From contig NC_068987.1 of assembly GCF_001194135.2 (NCBI RefSeq), forward strand, positions 24,579,587-24,643,586: a DNA stretch of 64,000 nucleotides, written 5' to 3'. Each line of letters opens with the position of its first letter. Position 1 is the stretch's first letter. The stretch is from Octopus bimaculoides. Lineage: Eukaryota. The notes beneath the pieces were generated by a model, which worked only from the letters and a program-made list of their open reading frames with translations, did no database searches and was not told where the DNA came from. A program made the translations under genes and the position numbers. Shown here one piece after another: positions 22,905 through 35,310 of the stretch.

Positions 22905-23170
22905 TAGTTTTATTTTTATAGCGTGTTTTCACTTCACTACCGAGTGCAGCTCTGTGTGCCTTGGCTATGTGCTGTGATGCTTTTATGGTTACTGTATTGA
23001 AAGTGTTTTGTGTAGGATGTGTGCAGTGCCCAATAGTGCAATTTTCTGTATGTTATATATACTTGTAAGTCCTGGCGTTTTTGTTATGTATTTGTCTGAA
23101 TATTTTTTTATCATACCTAATGCGCCTACTATGATAGGAATTGTTTCTGTTTTTAGATTCCACATTCGAG
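22902..23170 (-). mobile_element. 5'-truncated R4/Dong-like (RLE-type) LINE 3' end inside (TAA)n
   Basis: The minus strand gives RMWNLKTETIPIIVGALGMIKKYSDKYITKTPGLTSIYNIQKIALLGTAHILHKTLSIQ* (stop at 22991-22989) plus an ~87-bp 3'UTR, with (TAA)n on both sides. Confidence 0.8.
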
Positions 23171-23231
<61 letters not shown>

Positions 23232-23234
23232 TAG

Positions 23235-23432
23235 TTGATCATTGGCGACTTTGGTTTGAGTGAAGGCCAACAAAAAGTTCAGATGGGTATGTGGGCTATA
23301 ATGGCATCGCCTTTAATTATGTCAGTGGATTTACGAACTATCAAACCATTTGCTAAGGAACTGCTCACCAATAAGCGTGTTATTGCTGTAAACCAGGATC
23401 CTCTTGGAATTCAAGGAAAGAGGATATGGAGT
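23235..23432 (+). CDS. NAGA: NAGA exon (198 bp)
   Basis: (tat)n ttctag|TTGATC...TGGAGT|gtaagt. Encodes [66 protein letters not shown]. Confidence 0.95.
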
Positions 23433-23889
23433 GTAAGTTTTCTTTTTTTTTTTACCTCATTTCTATTTCAATAAATCTCTTATTCTTAACTTTTGATGTA
23501 TTTTTTTAATGAAGAAATTGCTGATACACATTGCACATGGACTGTTGTGGTACAATGACTTTTGTAATTGTAATTCAGTAAGTGCATGACACAGTGACTG
23601 CAGTAAGGTAAAGAATTCTAAATTGCTGAGTTTGTGGAAAGCAATGATTGGTCATAATGATTAATGTAGCATCTGAGTGGTGGATGGATACAAAATGGAT
23701 AACAAGAGGGGAGATAACTGAGTTGGTAGTTCATGAATGGAAATAGTGACTGTAGAAAAAAGACAAGCTACTTCTTGCCAGTTAGTCAACTGATCTATTT
23801 TTTGATGCTTTGTATGATATTTGTGTTGTGTTTCATTCTTAAGAAAATATCTTCATAACTGCAAGCTACACAGCTCACTTCCGAGGGCC

Positions 23890-24500
23890 ATGACAACAAC
23901 TTCATTTGACACAACAGGTCTTCGCAAGCGCAGTTTATTGCCCAATGATTGAAGGATACTCTTAAATGGACTGGTTATGCTGCACTGGCATAGGCCATGG
24001 ATACGGTCTCATTTATCTTATTGGGTCTTCTCAAGCACAGCATATCTCCAAAGGTCTTGGTCACTTGTCATTGCCTTGGTGAGGCCTAATGTTCAAAGGT
24101 CGTGTTTTACCACTTCATCCCAGGTCTTCCTGGGTCTGCCTCTTCCACAGGCTCCCTCTATTTCTAGGGTGTGACACTTTTTCACACAGCTGTCCTTATG
24201 CATATGCTTACACACTGTTGTATGCACACTGAAGTTCCCAGTTAGCCTTCCTTTGATATTACTGCACCTCTTATGTGTCCATAGCTTACACTGGGTACAT
24301 CTTATGGAGTTTCTACCTACACCTTTTCTACAGATTGAGCAGGGCATCTACCTGAAGGGATTTGTAATTTGTCTGCCTTCCAACTTATTAAGACTTTGGT
24401 TTTAGCTAGGTTGACTCTAAAGCCCTTTGATTCTAGACCTTGCTTTCACACCTGAAACTTCTCCTTTAGTTCTGATAGTGACTCAACTATAGGTTGTCAC
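23890..24500 (-). mobile_element. Internally deleted RTE LINE fragment
   Basis: ORF 24093-24347 fuses MPCSICRKGVGRNSIRCTQCKLWTHKRC directly to the C-terminal DSCVKKCHTLEIEGACGRGRPRKTWDEVVKHDL. Confidence 0.8.
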
Positions 24501-24655
24501 CCATCTCTACAGTGGTGGTAAAAATATTTATTAATCATGCACATACCTTCATAAATTGTTCAAAGTGAAAGTCTTTTTTTAAAGTCTGTGTTGTGTATAT
24601 GTTGAAAGATATAGAGAAACACACACACAAAACAAAACAAAAACACTATATATAT

Positions 24656-24797
24656 ATATCATCATCATCATCATCGTTTAACGTCCGCTTTCCATGCTAG
24701 CATGGGTTGGACGATTTGACTGAGGACTGGTGAAACCGGATGGCAACACCAGGCTCCAGTCTGATTTGGCAGAGTTTCTACAGCTGGATGCCCTTCC

Positions 24798-24799
<2 letters not shown>
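24656..24799 (-). mobile_element. Short, young RTE 3' end
   Basis: 139 bp (24661-24799) are identical to 31801-31939. Confidence 0.88.
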
Positions 24800-24837
<38 letters not shown>

Positions 24838-24980
24838 TACACACACAATCTTTGAAGTCTGTGTTGCATTATGTTGACAGACTTGCACTTAAAATTCCCG
24901 TGTTTTTAATAAAAACTTGTTAGTTACTATGGTGACAACACTATCTATTTATCTATATTTCACATAGATACACATGTGCG

Positions 24981-25011
<31 letters not shown>

Positions 25012-25357
25012 TTTCTCTCACTAGCTTTTTCTCCTCTCCTTTCCTTTCTCTAGATAGATGTTGTTACAGACAGACAAAGTGAGATCAGCTCTCTTTTATA
25101 ATATCAGATTTTAATATAAAAAGCAGTTACAAAAATTACAAAAATTAATATGTTACATTTCTTGGTAAAATATTCCATAGTTTCTGTTTGCAGTAATTGA
25201 ATGTGCGGTATGTGTGGTCTTAACAAAACATATTTCAGTCTAATTGGACCATTCCAGTCAAATATAGTCATTATTTGCATTTGCTAGCTCATAAAATGAC
25301 ACCTTTTGCATCAAAGTCACTCTTGTATTTATTTATTTTCATCTTTTAAACTAACAG

Positions 25358-25633
25358 GTGAACAACGTTGATTACTGGATGAAACCAATATTACCACATG
25401 GAAGTTATGCCATTGCCTTTGTAAATTTCAACACCAATGGCGTCCCTAAGAAAATTAATTTGAGTTTGAAATATCTGAACTTGACAGAATCTGCAGGATA
25501 TAAACTTACTGAAGTGTTTGATGGCAAGTTCCTCGGTATCTATGGACCATCTTCCAATTTTACAGCTTCAGTTGACCCAACTGGTATTTACATGGTGACT
25601 GCTATTCCCTTAGCAAAGACTACTCCAGTATAA
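25358..25633 (+). CDS. NAGA: NAGA terminal coding exon (C-terminal beta-sandwich, ends at the stop codon)
   Basis: ctaacag|GTGAAC...GTATAA. Encodes VNNVDYWMKPILPHGSYAIAFVNF...DPTGIYMVTAIPLAKTTPV*, the typical GH27 C-terminal domain. Confidence 0.93.
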   Translation: MNNVDYWMKPILPHGSYAIAFVNFNTNGVPKKINLSLKYLNLTESAGYKLTEVFDGKFLGIYGPSSNFTASVDPTGIYMVTAIPLAKTTPV

Positions 25634-25686
25634 TGCTGTCAATAATCTTCTAAGGTTTTAATTTGTGCGAATGAAAACAAAACTTT

Positions 25687-25697
25687 AATAAAATAAA
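25687..25697 (+). terminator. Candidate NAGA polyadenylation signals (two overlapping AATAAA)
   Basis: AATAAAATAAA starts 54 bp after the stop codon. The region is AT-rich, so a chance match is possible. Confidence 0.5.
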
Positions 25698-28218
25698 AAT
25701 TACATAAATATAAAGGAAAGTTATAACATTAAGGATACTATTACAATAACAAAATAATCAATAAGGTTTTTTTAAAAAANNNNNNNNNNNNNNNNNNNNN
25801 NNNNNNNNNNNNNNNNNNNNNNNNNNNNNNNNNNNNNNNNNNNNNNNNNNNNNNNNNNNNNNNNNNNNNNNNNNNNNNNNNNNNNNNNNNNNNNNNNNNN
25901 NNNNNNNNNNNNNNNNNNNNNNNNNNNNNNNNNNNNNNNNNNNNNNNNNNNNNNNNNNNNNNNNNNNNNNNNNNNNNNNNNNNNNNNNNNNNNNNNNNNN
26001 NNNNNNNNNNNNNNNNNNNNNNNNNNNNNNNNNNNNNNNNNNNNNNNNNNNNNNNNNNNNNNNNNNNNNNNNNNNNNNNNNNNNNNNNNNNNNNNNNNNN
26101 NNNNNNNNNNNNNNNNNNNNNNNNNNNNNNNNNNNNNNNNNNNNNNNNNNNNNNNNNNNNNNNNNNNNNNNNNNNNNNNNNNNNNNNNNNNNNNNNNNNN
26201 NNNNNNNNNNNNNNNNNNNNNNNNNNNNNNNNNNNNNNNNNNNNNNNNNNNNNNNNNNNNNNNNNNNNNNNNNNNNNNNNNNNNNNNNNNNNNNNNNNNN
26301 NNNNNNNNNNNNNNNNNNNNNNNNNNNNNNNNNNNNNNNNNNNNNNNNNNNNNNNNNNNNNNNNNNNNNNNNNNNNNNNNNNNNNNNNNNNNNNNNNNNN
26401 NNNNNNNNNNNNNNNNNNNNNNNNNNNNNNNNNNNNNNNNNNNNNNNNNNNNNNNNNNNNNNNNNNNNNNNNNNNNNNNNNNNNNNNNNNNNNNNNNNTA
26501 CTACCACATTCCATTTTATCTTAATATGCAAAAAATAATGAAACCAAATCAGAAAAGTAATATGATTAATACCAGAAATAAGAACAAAAATAATAATAAA
26601 TGAAAGGGAAACTTCACAAAAAACGTCAATGAAAGTTATTTGCTATTTGCATTGTTTGTATGACTTCCAATTTTGTATTTATTCCTTTTTATTAAATCTA
26701 ACACCTTTCTCATAGTTTTGTTGTTACTTTTTTTCTACAGTATCAGTAACTAAGTTTATGGATCACCATAGGAGAAAATTAGAAAATGAAAGTAAAAATT
26801 TGCTATTTTCATTTATTTAAAAAAAAGTTACTTGTTTTATCTTCAAATTGATTGGATCCAGCTTCTCACACTTACCCTACAATGTTATTCTAAAAATAAA
26901 CAACCATGTCATTGGAATCTCAAAGCTCTGAGATAATGTATGATTAATTCAAAGCAATTTGAATTGACAAGTATTACATTTCACAGATTAGTCTGAATAC
27001 TAAAGAGTTGCAGTGATTTTGACAATAACTAGAGAAGGTAAGATATTAGATTGTGTCCATGATTTATCTATTTGTATGCTTGTCTCTTTGCCTGTAGTAT
27101 GTGCATAGCTTGGTTGTGTAGTTAAAAAGTTAACTTTGAAATCAGATGGTTTTGGTTTTAGCCCCACTGATGGACATTGTTAGCTGCTGTCCTCCATTGC
27201 AGCTGTGGGTTGATCCTTATCTTGTCAGTGAAATTTGGTAGATAGAAACTAGAAGCTCTTCATGTGTGTTTGTGTGTATGTGTGTGTGTGTGTGTGTGCA
27301 TTGTCTGAGTGTTTGTTCTTGTCTTGACGTGTAGCTAATTCTAAACGAAGTCTCACTGTACAAATAGTGTTATTTGTTTACAGTTCTTTGCTAAAGCATG
27401 TCCAGACTGTGGGAGTTAATATCTTGCTTAAAAGCAAGCGAATGTTGGTATCAAGAAGGGGATCTGGCTATAGAAAATTCTGCCTCAATGAAGTTTTGTC
27501 TGCCCCTTGCCAGCATGGAAAAATATATGGTAAAATGATGATGTATATAGTTCCTGTGTTTATAGTTGTGTGTTGTTTATGATTAGACATGGTGAAGTAT
27601 AAAACTGTGCTCTGTGTGTTTATATATGTATATGAGCGTAGCTCGAAACGTCAAAGACTTGCCGTATTCCCGAGCGTCATACTAATATATACTTTTGTTA
27701 TTTACACCACCTGTCCTCGTCTGTTGTTATTATTTGTATATTCTCCCATATATATATATATATATATATTTATAAAAAAGAAGTTTGAAAACGCCAATAT
27801 ATAAAAACTGAATTTTAATTTATAATTTTGTCAGAGATATTTTTAACATGTTTCGGTTCTTGTAAAAACGAACCTTATCAAAAATACATATTTAAAAAAA
27901 TGAAATTAAATGAAAAGTTCATAATTGTTCCTTACTGGTGTCAATAGTCCACGTGGGAGCATTTTTTGTTGGTTGTAGTAGTAGTAGTGACCGTGTTGGT
28001 AATGGTAAATGGCAGTGACCTATATATATATATATATATATATATNNNNNNNNNNNNNNNNNNNNNNNNNNNNNNNNNNNNNNNNNNNNNNNNNNNNNNN
28101 NNNNNNNNNNNNNNNNNNNNNNNNNNNNNNNNNNNNNNNNNNNNNNNNNNNNNNNNNNNNNNNNNNNNNNNNNNNNNNNNNNNNNNNNNNNNNNNNNNNN
28201 NNNNNNNNNNNNNNNNNN

Positions 28219-28255
<37 letters not shown>

Positions 28256-28258
<3 letters not shown>

Positions 28259-29860
28259 TATCTCACAGAAGTATGTACACCCCTAAAAAATTTCACTAAA
28301 ATTGCCATTACTCTAATAATATTAAAGGAAATCAAATGAAATTTATTCTGAATAAAATATATTATACATGCAAACATTTTCAAAGATATGGACGAAATAT
28401 TAATTTCCAAACAGTACAAAAATATGTATTCCCTAAAGGATTATTTGCTGTATTCAATATTTGGTGTAACCGCCCTCGCTTTCAATGACTGTATAAAGTC
28501 TTCTGGGCATAGAGGCAACTAAATCTCTGTATGTAACCAATGAAATCGACCTTCATTCATCCTGAATGATGCCTTTCCACTGTGTTACAGTACAGGGTTT
28601 TTTTCTCCTCAACCTTCCTTTTCAAAACACTCCACAGTTGTTCTAGTGGGTTTAAATCAGGTGACATGGTAGGCCAAGGCAATACCTTTACCTTTTTGTC
28701 TGATAAAAACTTAGTTGTTATCTTTGAAGTGTGTTTAGGGTCATTATCATGTTGGAACATGGAATGAATGTCTTCCTAGTTCCTTGATGCTTTTCAGCAT
28801 TGTTTTCTGCAATATGTTACAATAAAGCCTTGAATCCATTGTTTTCTCAATTATTGTGAGCCCTCCCATGCCAGCTGCATTCATGCATCTCCAAAGCATA
28901 ACACTTCTGCCACAGTTTTTCACAGTAGGCATGGTGCATTTGTTGCTATTTTCTTCACCTGGTCATCACCCTACCTGTTTAATACCATCTGACTCAAACA
29001 AGCTGATTTTATTCTCATCAGAAAAAAGAATTTTATTCCGAAACTTCTTCCTCTTACTCACATAGATTTCAGCAAAAGAAAGACCACTTGATTTATGCCT
29101 GGTAGTGAGGAGAGGCTTCCTATGAGGGATGCATCCATGAAGACCACACTGGTTCAAAATTCGGCAAACTTCTGTTAGTGGATACACTCTTTCCCCTAAC
29201 AGAAGACACTTCTTAAGCCAAAGATGAAGCAGTACAATGCCTGTTGTCCATCATGGATGTGGTGAATATCATGCACAGTTAAAATAGAAAGATGACCTGG
29301 GCGATGTTTATTACTTATCCACTCAGTAGCTTTGTACTTTTGAATTACTTTAGCGACTGTGGTTTACACTAATATGTATTTGTTTGCTAATTAACTTGTA
29401 TCCTAAACCATTCTTGTGCAAATCAAAAATAATTTTCATCAAATCTTGAGACAATTCCTTTCCTTTAGGTGTCATTTTAATCCCAATGAAGATTTTCACC
29501 ATGGTACACAAATCAGAATTCCTACAGATGCAATAACCATGACCAATGCAAAAATGCCCAGAGAAATAATTTATTAGAATTCAAATTATCAACAATATCT
29601 GAATTTAGAAAAAAAGTGGATAAAATATTGAATATAGCAAATTTCCTTTAGGGTGTACATATTTTTATAATGTTTGAAAATTAATATTTTGTTCATATCT
29701 TTGAAAATGTTTATTGGTTTGTGTTCCAAGTTTGTATAATGTTTGCATGTATAATATATTTTATTCAGTATAAATTTCGTTTGATTTCTTTCGATATTAT
29801 CAGAGTAATGGTTACTTTATTGAAATTTTTTAGGGGTGTACATACTTCTGAGAGATACCA
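28256..29860 (-). mobile_element. Full-length decayed Tc1 (DD34E) transposon with long IR/DR-type TIRs, inserted in (TA)n
   Basis: TA|CAGTATCTCACAGAAGTATGTACACCCCT... is mirrored at the right end, with TIRs of about 185-220 bp. Peptides RKPLLTTRHK, ILFSDENK, PTVK..G.SVMLW, FQHDND-(34)-SPDLNPLEQLW. Confidence 0.92.
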
Positions 29861-29963
29861 CATATGTATATATNNNNNNNNNNNNNNNNNNNNNNNNNNN
29901 NNNNNNNNNNNNNNNNNNNNNNNNNNNNNNNNNNNNNNNNNNNNNNNNNNNNNNNNNNNNNNN

Positions 29964-30020
<57 letters not shown>

Positions 30021-30021
<1 letters not shown>

Positions 30022-30465
30022 GATGGTGCTATGTAAATGGCCCCCATGAATTGTAGTCATGGTCGTTGATGGTGCCATTTATATGGTACCAGTGAATTGT
30101 AGTCATGGTCATTGATGGTGCTATGTGAATGGCATCCATGGACCATGGTCATGGTCATTGACAGTGCCATATTTATGGCACCTGTGAATCATTTTTGTGG
30201 TTGTTGCTGGGGCCATGTAAATGGCACCCATGCATCATAGTCATGGTCATTGCTGTTGTTATGTAAATGGCACCTGTGCCAGTGGCACATAAAAGCACCC
30301 ATTACACTCCTGGAGTGGTTGATGTGAAGAAGGGCATCCAATCATAGAAGCCTTGCCAAATCGGACTGGAACCTGGTGCAACTCTCTGGCTCATCAGCCC
30401 CAATCAATTGTCTAACCTATGCCAGCATGGAGAGTAGACATTAAATAATGATGATGACGATGATA
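30021..30465 (+). repeat. 46-bp minisatellite (~5.5 units) continuing into an RTE 3'UTR with a (GAT)n tail
   Basis: Unit starts at 30021, 30067, 30113, 30159, 30205 and 30251, then GCCAGTGGCACATAAAAGCACCC...GACATTAAATAATGATGATG. Confidence 0.85.
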
Positions 30466-31790
30466 CAGTGGCTGCATACTGCATATGTGTAGTGACTGTG
30501 TCTTTAGCACTGTTTGTTGTTTGTTGTATCTTCCTCTTTCTCACAGTTCAGTTATGATTTAAGGGTGATTTCGCTGCTTCTTCTAAAAGGCTGAATGATT
30601 ATGTAGGGGTTCCCTTATTGACTGTGGAGAGAGACTTGTAGTTTTGAAGTAACTGAGCAAATGTGTGGTTATGTAACCTAGTATTATAAGTCTGTACATA
30701 ATCTGACTGGCATACCTCAGCTTGATCTGGAACGATATTACATTTCTTCCCAGCATGGTTCTCTCCAAGGGACATAACTCTAACAAGCAAACGTTCCTTT
30801 ATTTTTTAACTTTCACTTTTTTTTTTGTATGACATCTGCAAACCGAATGTGGCACTTACTAAACTTCAGTTGCAAAGGTCCAGCACCATACCTTTTTTCT
30901 GCCAGCCCTTCTGATGAATGCCATGACTTGTTGTCTCAAACTATTGAGTACAGAACCCATTGGTAAAATCGGTTGAAATGGGATTACATTATTTCATAAA
31001 TAATTAATATACCCAATTCTAGTGACAAATACACTAGTACCTGTTATTTTTCTGACTCGTGGATTCTCAGACAACTTGATGTCAACTATCTTGACATCAA
31101 GTACTAATTGAAAACAAATATCAGCATCATACAAGTGCTTTCTTCTTGCAATCTTCCTTGAAACCATGTATGGTCATTGTGTTATTTGTGTGGGAAAGAA
31201 TAGGGGAAATATTACCTTACTTGGAAACAGGTGAGGGTTGGTGACAGGGAAAGCATCTAGTTATAGAAAATCTTTGACGAATTTTGTTTTGACTCACGCT
31301 ACATGTAAAAGTGGACATTGAAATGACAATGATTTGTGTTTCTTTTATTTGATAGTAAGTAATCATTCTCTGTAATCTAAATTATATTTATAGGCTAAAA
31401 TATATAAATACCCCTTTTTTTTCTTATGGTTTGACTTTATGCAGAAAGTATCACAAAACATTTTTATTTGCTCCAAAGTCAACTGTGGTGCAAGTAAAAC
31501 AAATTTAGGAACCAATGACACATCTAGTTAATGTTTCCGAAATTAATTTTCATGTTTCAGTTAATGTTTCAAGTATGATATGTAGCTCTGGTTGGCCCTG
31601 CTTAAGACGGCCATGATATAGAACTACCTGACTGAATATCAAGTGTAAGGATACAAAACCCTTCACCTGCAAATGGAAGTCATACTATACATAAGCTTTA
31701 TTTTTTCTGAGATTTCATTGTCCATAATTGGTGGTACACATTATACACAATTACTTATATAATAAATATGATAATATTCTGCATGTGAAC

Positions 31791-33047
31791 TATCATCATC
31801 ATCATCATCATCATCGTTTAACGTCCGCTTTCCATGCTAGCATGGGTTGGACGATTTGACTGAGGACTGGTGAAACCGGATGGCAACACCAGGCTCCAGT
31901 CTGATTTGGCAGAGTTTCTACAGCTGGATGCCCTTCCTAACGCCAACCACTCAGAGAGTGTAGTGGGTGCTTTTACGTGTCACCTGCACGAAAACGGCCA
32001 CGCTCGAAATGGTGTCTTTTATGTGCCACCCGCNNNNNNNNNNNNNNNNNNNNNNNNNNNNNNNNNNNNNNNNNNNNNNNNNNNNNNNNNNNNNNNNNNN
32101 NNNNNNNNNNNNNNNNNNNNNNNNNNNNNNNNNNNNNNNNNNNNNNNNNNNNNNNNNNNNNNNNNNNNNNNNNNNNNNNNNNNNNNNNNNNNNNNNNNNN
32201 NNNNNNNNNNNNNNNNNNNNNNNNNNNNNNNNNNNNNNNNNNNNNNNNNNNNNNNNNNNNNNNNNNNNNNNNNNNNNNNNNNNNNNNNNNNNNNNNNNNN
32301 NNNNNNNNNNNNNNNNNNNNNNNNNNNNNNNNNNNNNNNNNNNNNNNNNNNNNNNNNNNNNNNNNNNNNNNNNNNNNNNNNNNNNNNNNNNNNNNNNNNN
32401 NNNNNNNNNNNNNNNNNNNNNNNNNNNNNNNNNNNNNNNNNNNNNNNNNNNNNNNNNNNNNNNNNNNNNNNNNNNNNNNNNNNNNNNNNNNNNNNNNNNN
32501 NNNNNNNNNNNNNNNNNNNNNNNNNNNNNNNNNNNNNNNNNNNNNNNNNNNNNNNNNNNNNNNNNNNNNNNNNNNNNNNNNNNNNNNNNNNNNNNNNNNN
32601 NNNNNNNNNNNNNNNNNNNNNNNNNNNNNNNNNNNNNNNNNNNNNNNNNNNNNNNNNNNNNNNNNNNNNNNNNNNNNNNNNNNNNNNNNNNNNNNNNNNN
32701 NNNNNNNNNNGCATGCGTCATACAGTCTGCCTTTTACTCTGAGTGAGAGTCCCTTTGTCGCCAGCAGGGGTAAGAGCTCTCTAAACTTTGCCCAGGCTAT
32801 TCTTATTCTAGCAGCTACACTTTCAGCGCACCCACCCCCACTACTAACTTGGTCGCCCAGATAGCGGAAGCTATCGACTACCTCTAGTTTTTCACCCTGG
32901 AATGAGATAGAAGTTGTTTCCTGTTTGTTTACAGTCTTTATTGCACCTGAACATCTGCCACAAACAAAAACTAACTTGCTAGTTAACCTGCCTTTGATGT
33001 TGCTGCACCTCTTATGTGTCCATAGCTTGCACCGGGTACATCTTATG
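31791..33047 (-). mobile_element. Young 5'-truncated RTE LINE spanning an assembly gap
   Basis: Open frame IRCTRCKLWTHKRC...VCGRC...EVVDSFRYLGDQVSSGGGC...KGRLYDAC right of the gap; 3'UTR and (GAT)n tail left of the gap. Confidence 0.9.
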
Positions 33048-33596
33048 TTACTAAAAATACATTTCAACAGTAAAATTGATTGTGATTATTTTATCCATGG
33101 TACAAATGTCACTAAGACGAGAGTGAGATATGAACTATGAATACAGCATTTATTATTTTGTCACTTTGTTGATTTAAACAATCCCAGATGAGCCAAACAA
33201 AAATTAACAGCCAAATCTCCATCAAACCAGTTTGGGAAGGACACATTGGAAAATGTCCTTGATATACAAATAGATGTCTGTGAAAGGGAAATAAAGGGGC
33301 ATAATGGTCTGCAGGCCTTTGCTGGTATGGCGCAAAATGATAACAACAACAACAATAATAATGAACAGAACAAAAAATAACAAAAAGGCAAAATAAGAAT
33401 GAAATTTTCATAAATTTATTAAATTGATAATTCTTTAGAGTGGCTATGGGATCACGTTATTGGCAGCAAAAGCTTGAGATCTGAATGTGTGTGTTTATGT
33501 GTACATGCAATTCTCTGTATCTATGTATGTTAGATATATATATACACACACACATATATATACATACACACATATATATATATACACATATATATA

Positions 33597-34094
33597 TAAA
33601 AAAATTAACAGAATGAGATAAAAAAATCCATGGCTGTGAAAGATTTCAGAACATTTATAAAGAGAAGGTCTTACAGCTGTTTCCAGGATATTTTATATAT
33701 CCTTTCATCAGAGATGCTGCGAGAAAATGGTTAAGAAATAGTTATTATAGAGAAGATATGAAATACAGATTGAAGTGGAGGAATGAAAACATGCTTGGAA
33801 TGATCAGTTATAAATACCATTGAAACTCACACACTTATATGTATGCTATTCTGCTTAAATAATGGAACCGCAGATACAATATCCTTACGTATCTCACGTC
33901 TGTTTTCATTCCTCTACTTCACTCTGTATTTCATATCTTGTTGATAATAACTATTGCTTAACCATTTTCACGCACTGTCTCTGAGGAAGGGATATATAAA
34001 ATATCTCGGAAACAGCTGTAAGAGCTCTTTATAAATGTTCTGAAATCTTTCACAGCCTTGGATTTTTTTATCTCATTCTGTTAATTTTATATAT
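33597..34094. mobile_element. MITE with ~195-bp TIRs between (TA)n tracts
   Basis: AAAATTAACAGAATGAGATAAAAAAATCCATGGCTGTGAAAGATTTCAG...GAATGAAAACA pairs with TGTTTTCATTC...CTGAAATCTTTCACAGCCTTGGATTTTTTTATCTCATTCTGTTAATTTT. Confidence 0.9.
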
Positions 34095-34103
34095 ATACAT
34101 ATA

Positions 34104-34152
<49 letters not shown>

Positions 34153-34511
34153 NNNNNNNNNNNNNNNNNNNNNNNNNNNNNNNNNNNNNNNNNNNNNNNN
34201 NNNNNNNNNNNNNNNNNNNNNNNNNNNNNNNNNNNNNNNNNNNNNNNNNNNNNNNNNNNNNNNNNNNNNNNNNNNNNNNNNNNNNNNNNNNNNNNNNNNN
34301 NNNNNNNNNNNNNNNNNNNNNNNNNNNNNNNNNNNNNNNNNNNNNNNNNNNNNNNNNNNNNNNNNNNNNNNNNNNNNNNNNNNNNNNNNNNNNNNNNNNN
34401 NNNNNNNNNNNNNNNNNNNNNNNNNNNNNNNNNNNNNNNNNNNNNNNNNNNNNNNNNNNNNNNNNNNNNNNNNNNNNNNNNNNNNNNNNNNNNNNNNNNN
34501 NNNNNNNNNNN

Positions 34512-34594
<83 letters not shown>

Positions 34595-35259
34595 CAAGAT
34601 ATATATATAGATAGATATATACATTATATATGTTATATATGTGTGTTTGTTTATGTCACGCATGTGTGTATGTACATAAGGGGATTGTAGTAATACATAA
34701 TATGAAAGAAGTCTGAATATAGATACTTAGTGCTTATTGTTTTCCAACTCTTACATCATGGCCAGATGGCATGAATATTGTAACACCTGGTCACATTGTA
34801 AAGAAAACAATATGCACGCAGTACATATATGTATGTGTGGCTTTGATGAATAATGTCTATATACATAAATGTGGGTGTGTGTGTATATATGTGTGTGTAT
34901 GTATATATATGTGTGTGTATATGTGTATATATGTGTGTATGTGTATATATGTGTGTATGTGTATATATATGTATGTGTGTACATATATGTATATATGTGT
35001 ATGTATATATATATGTGTGTGTCTGTATATATATATGTGTATGTATGTATGTGTGTGTATATATATATATAAATATATATATATATGTAATTTATGTACA
35101 ATATCTATATGATTTATATGTAAAATATATCTATATAAATCTATGCATCTACATGAGTATATATGTATACATATATGAATATGCATGGAAATATGTTTGA
35201 ATACATATATGTATATATATGTGTGTGTATGTGTATGTATATATATATGTGTGTGTGTA

Positions 35260-35307
<48 letters not shown>

Positions 35308-35310
<3 letters not shown>

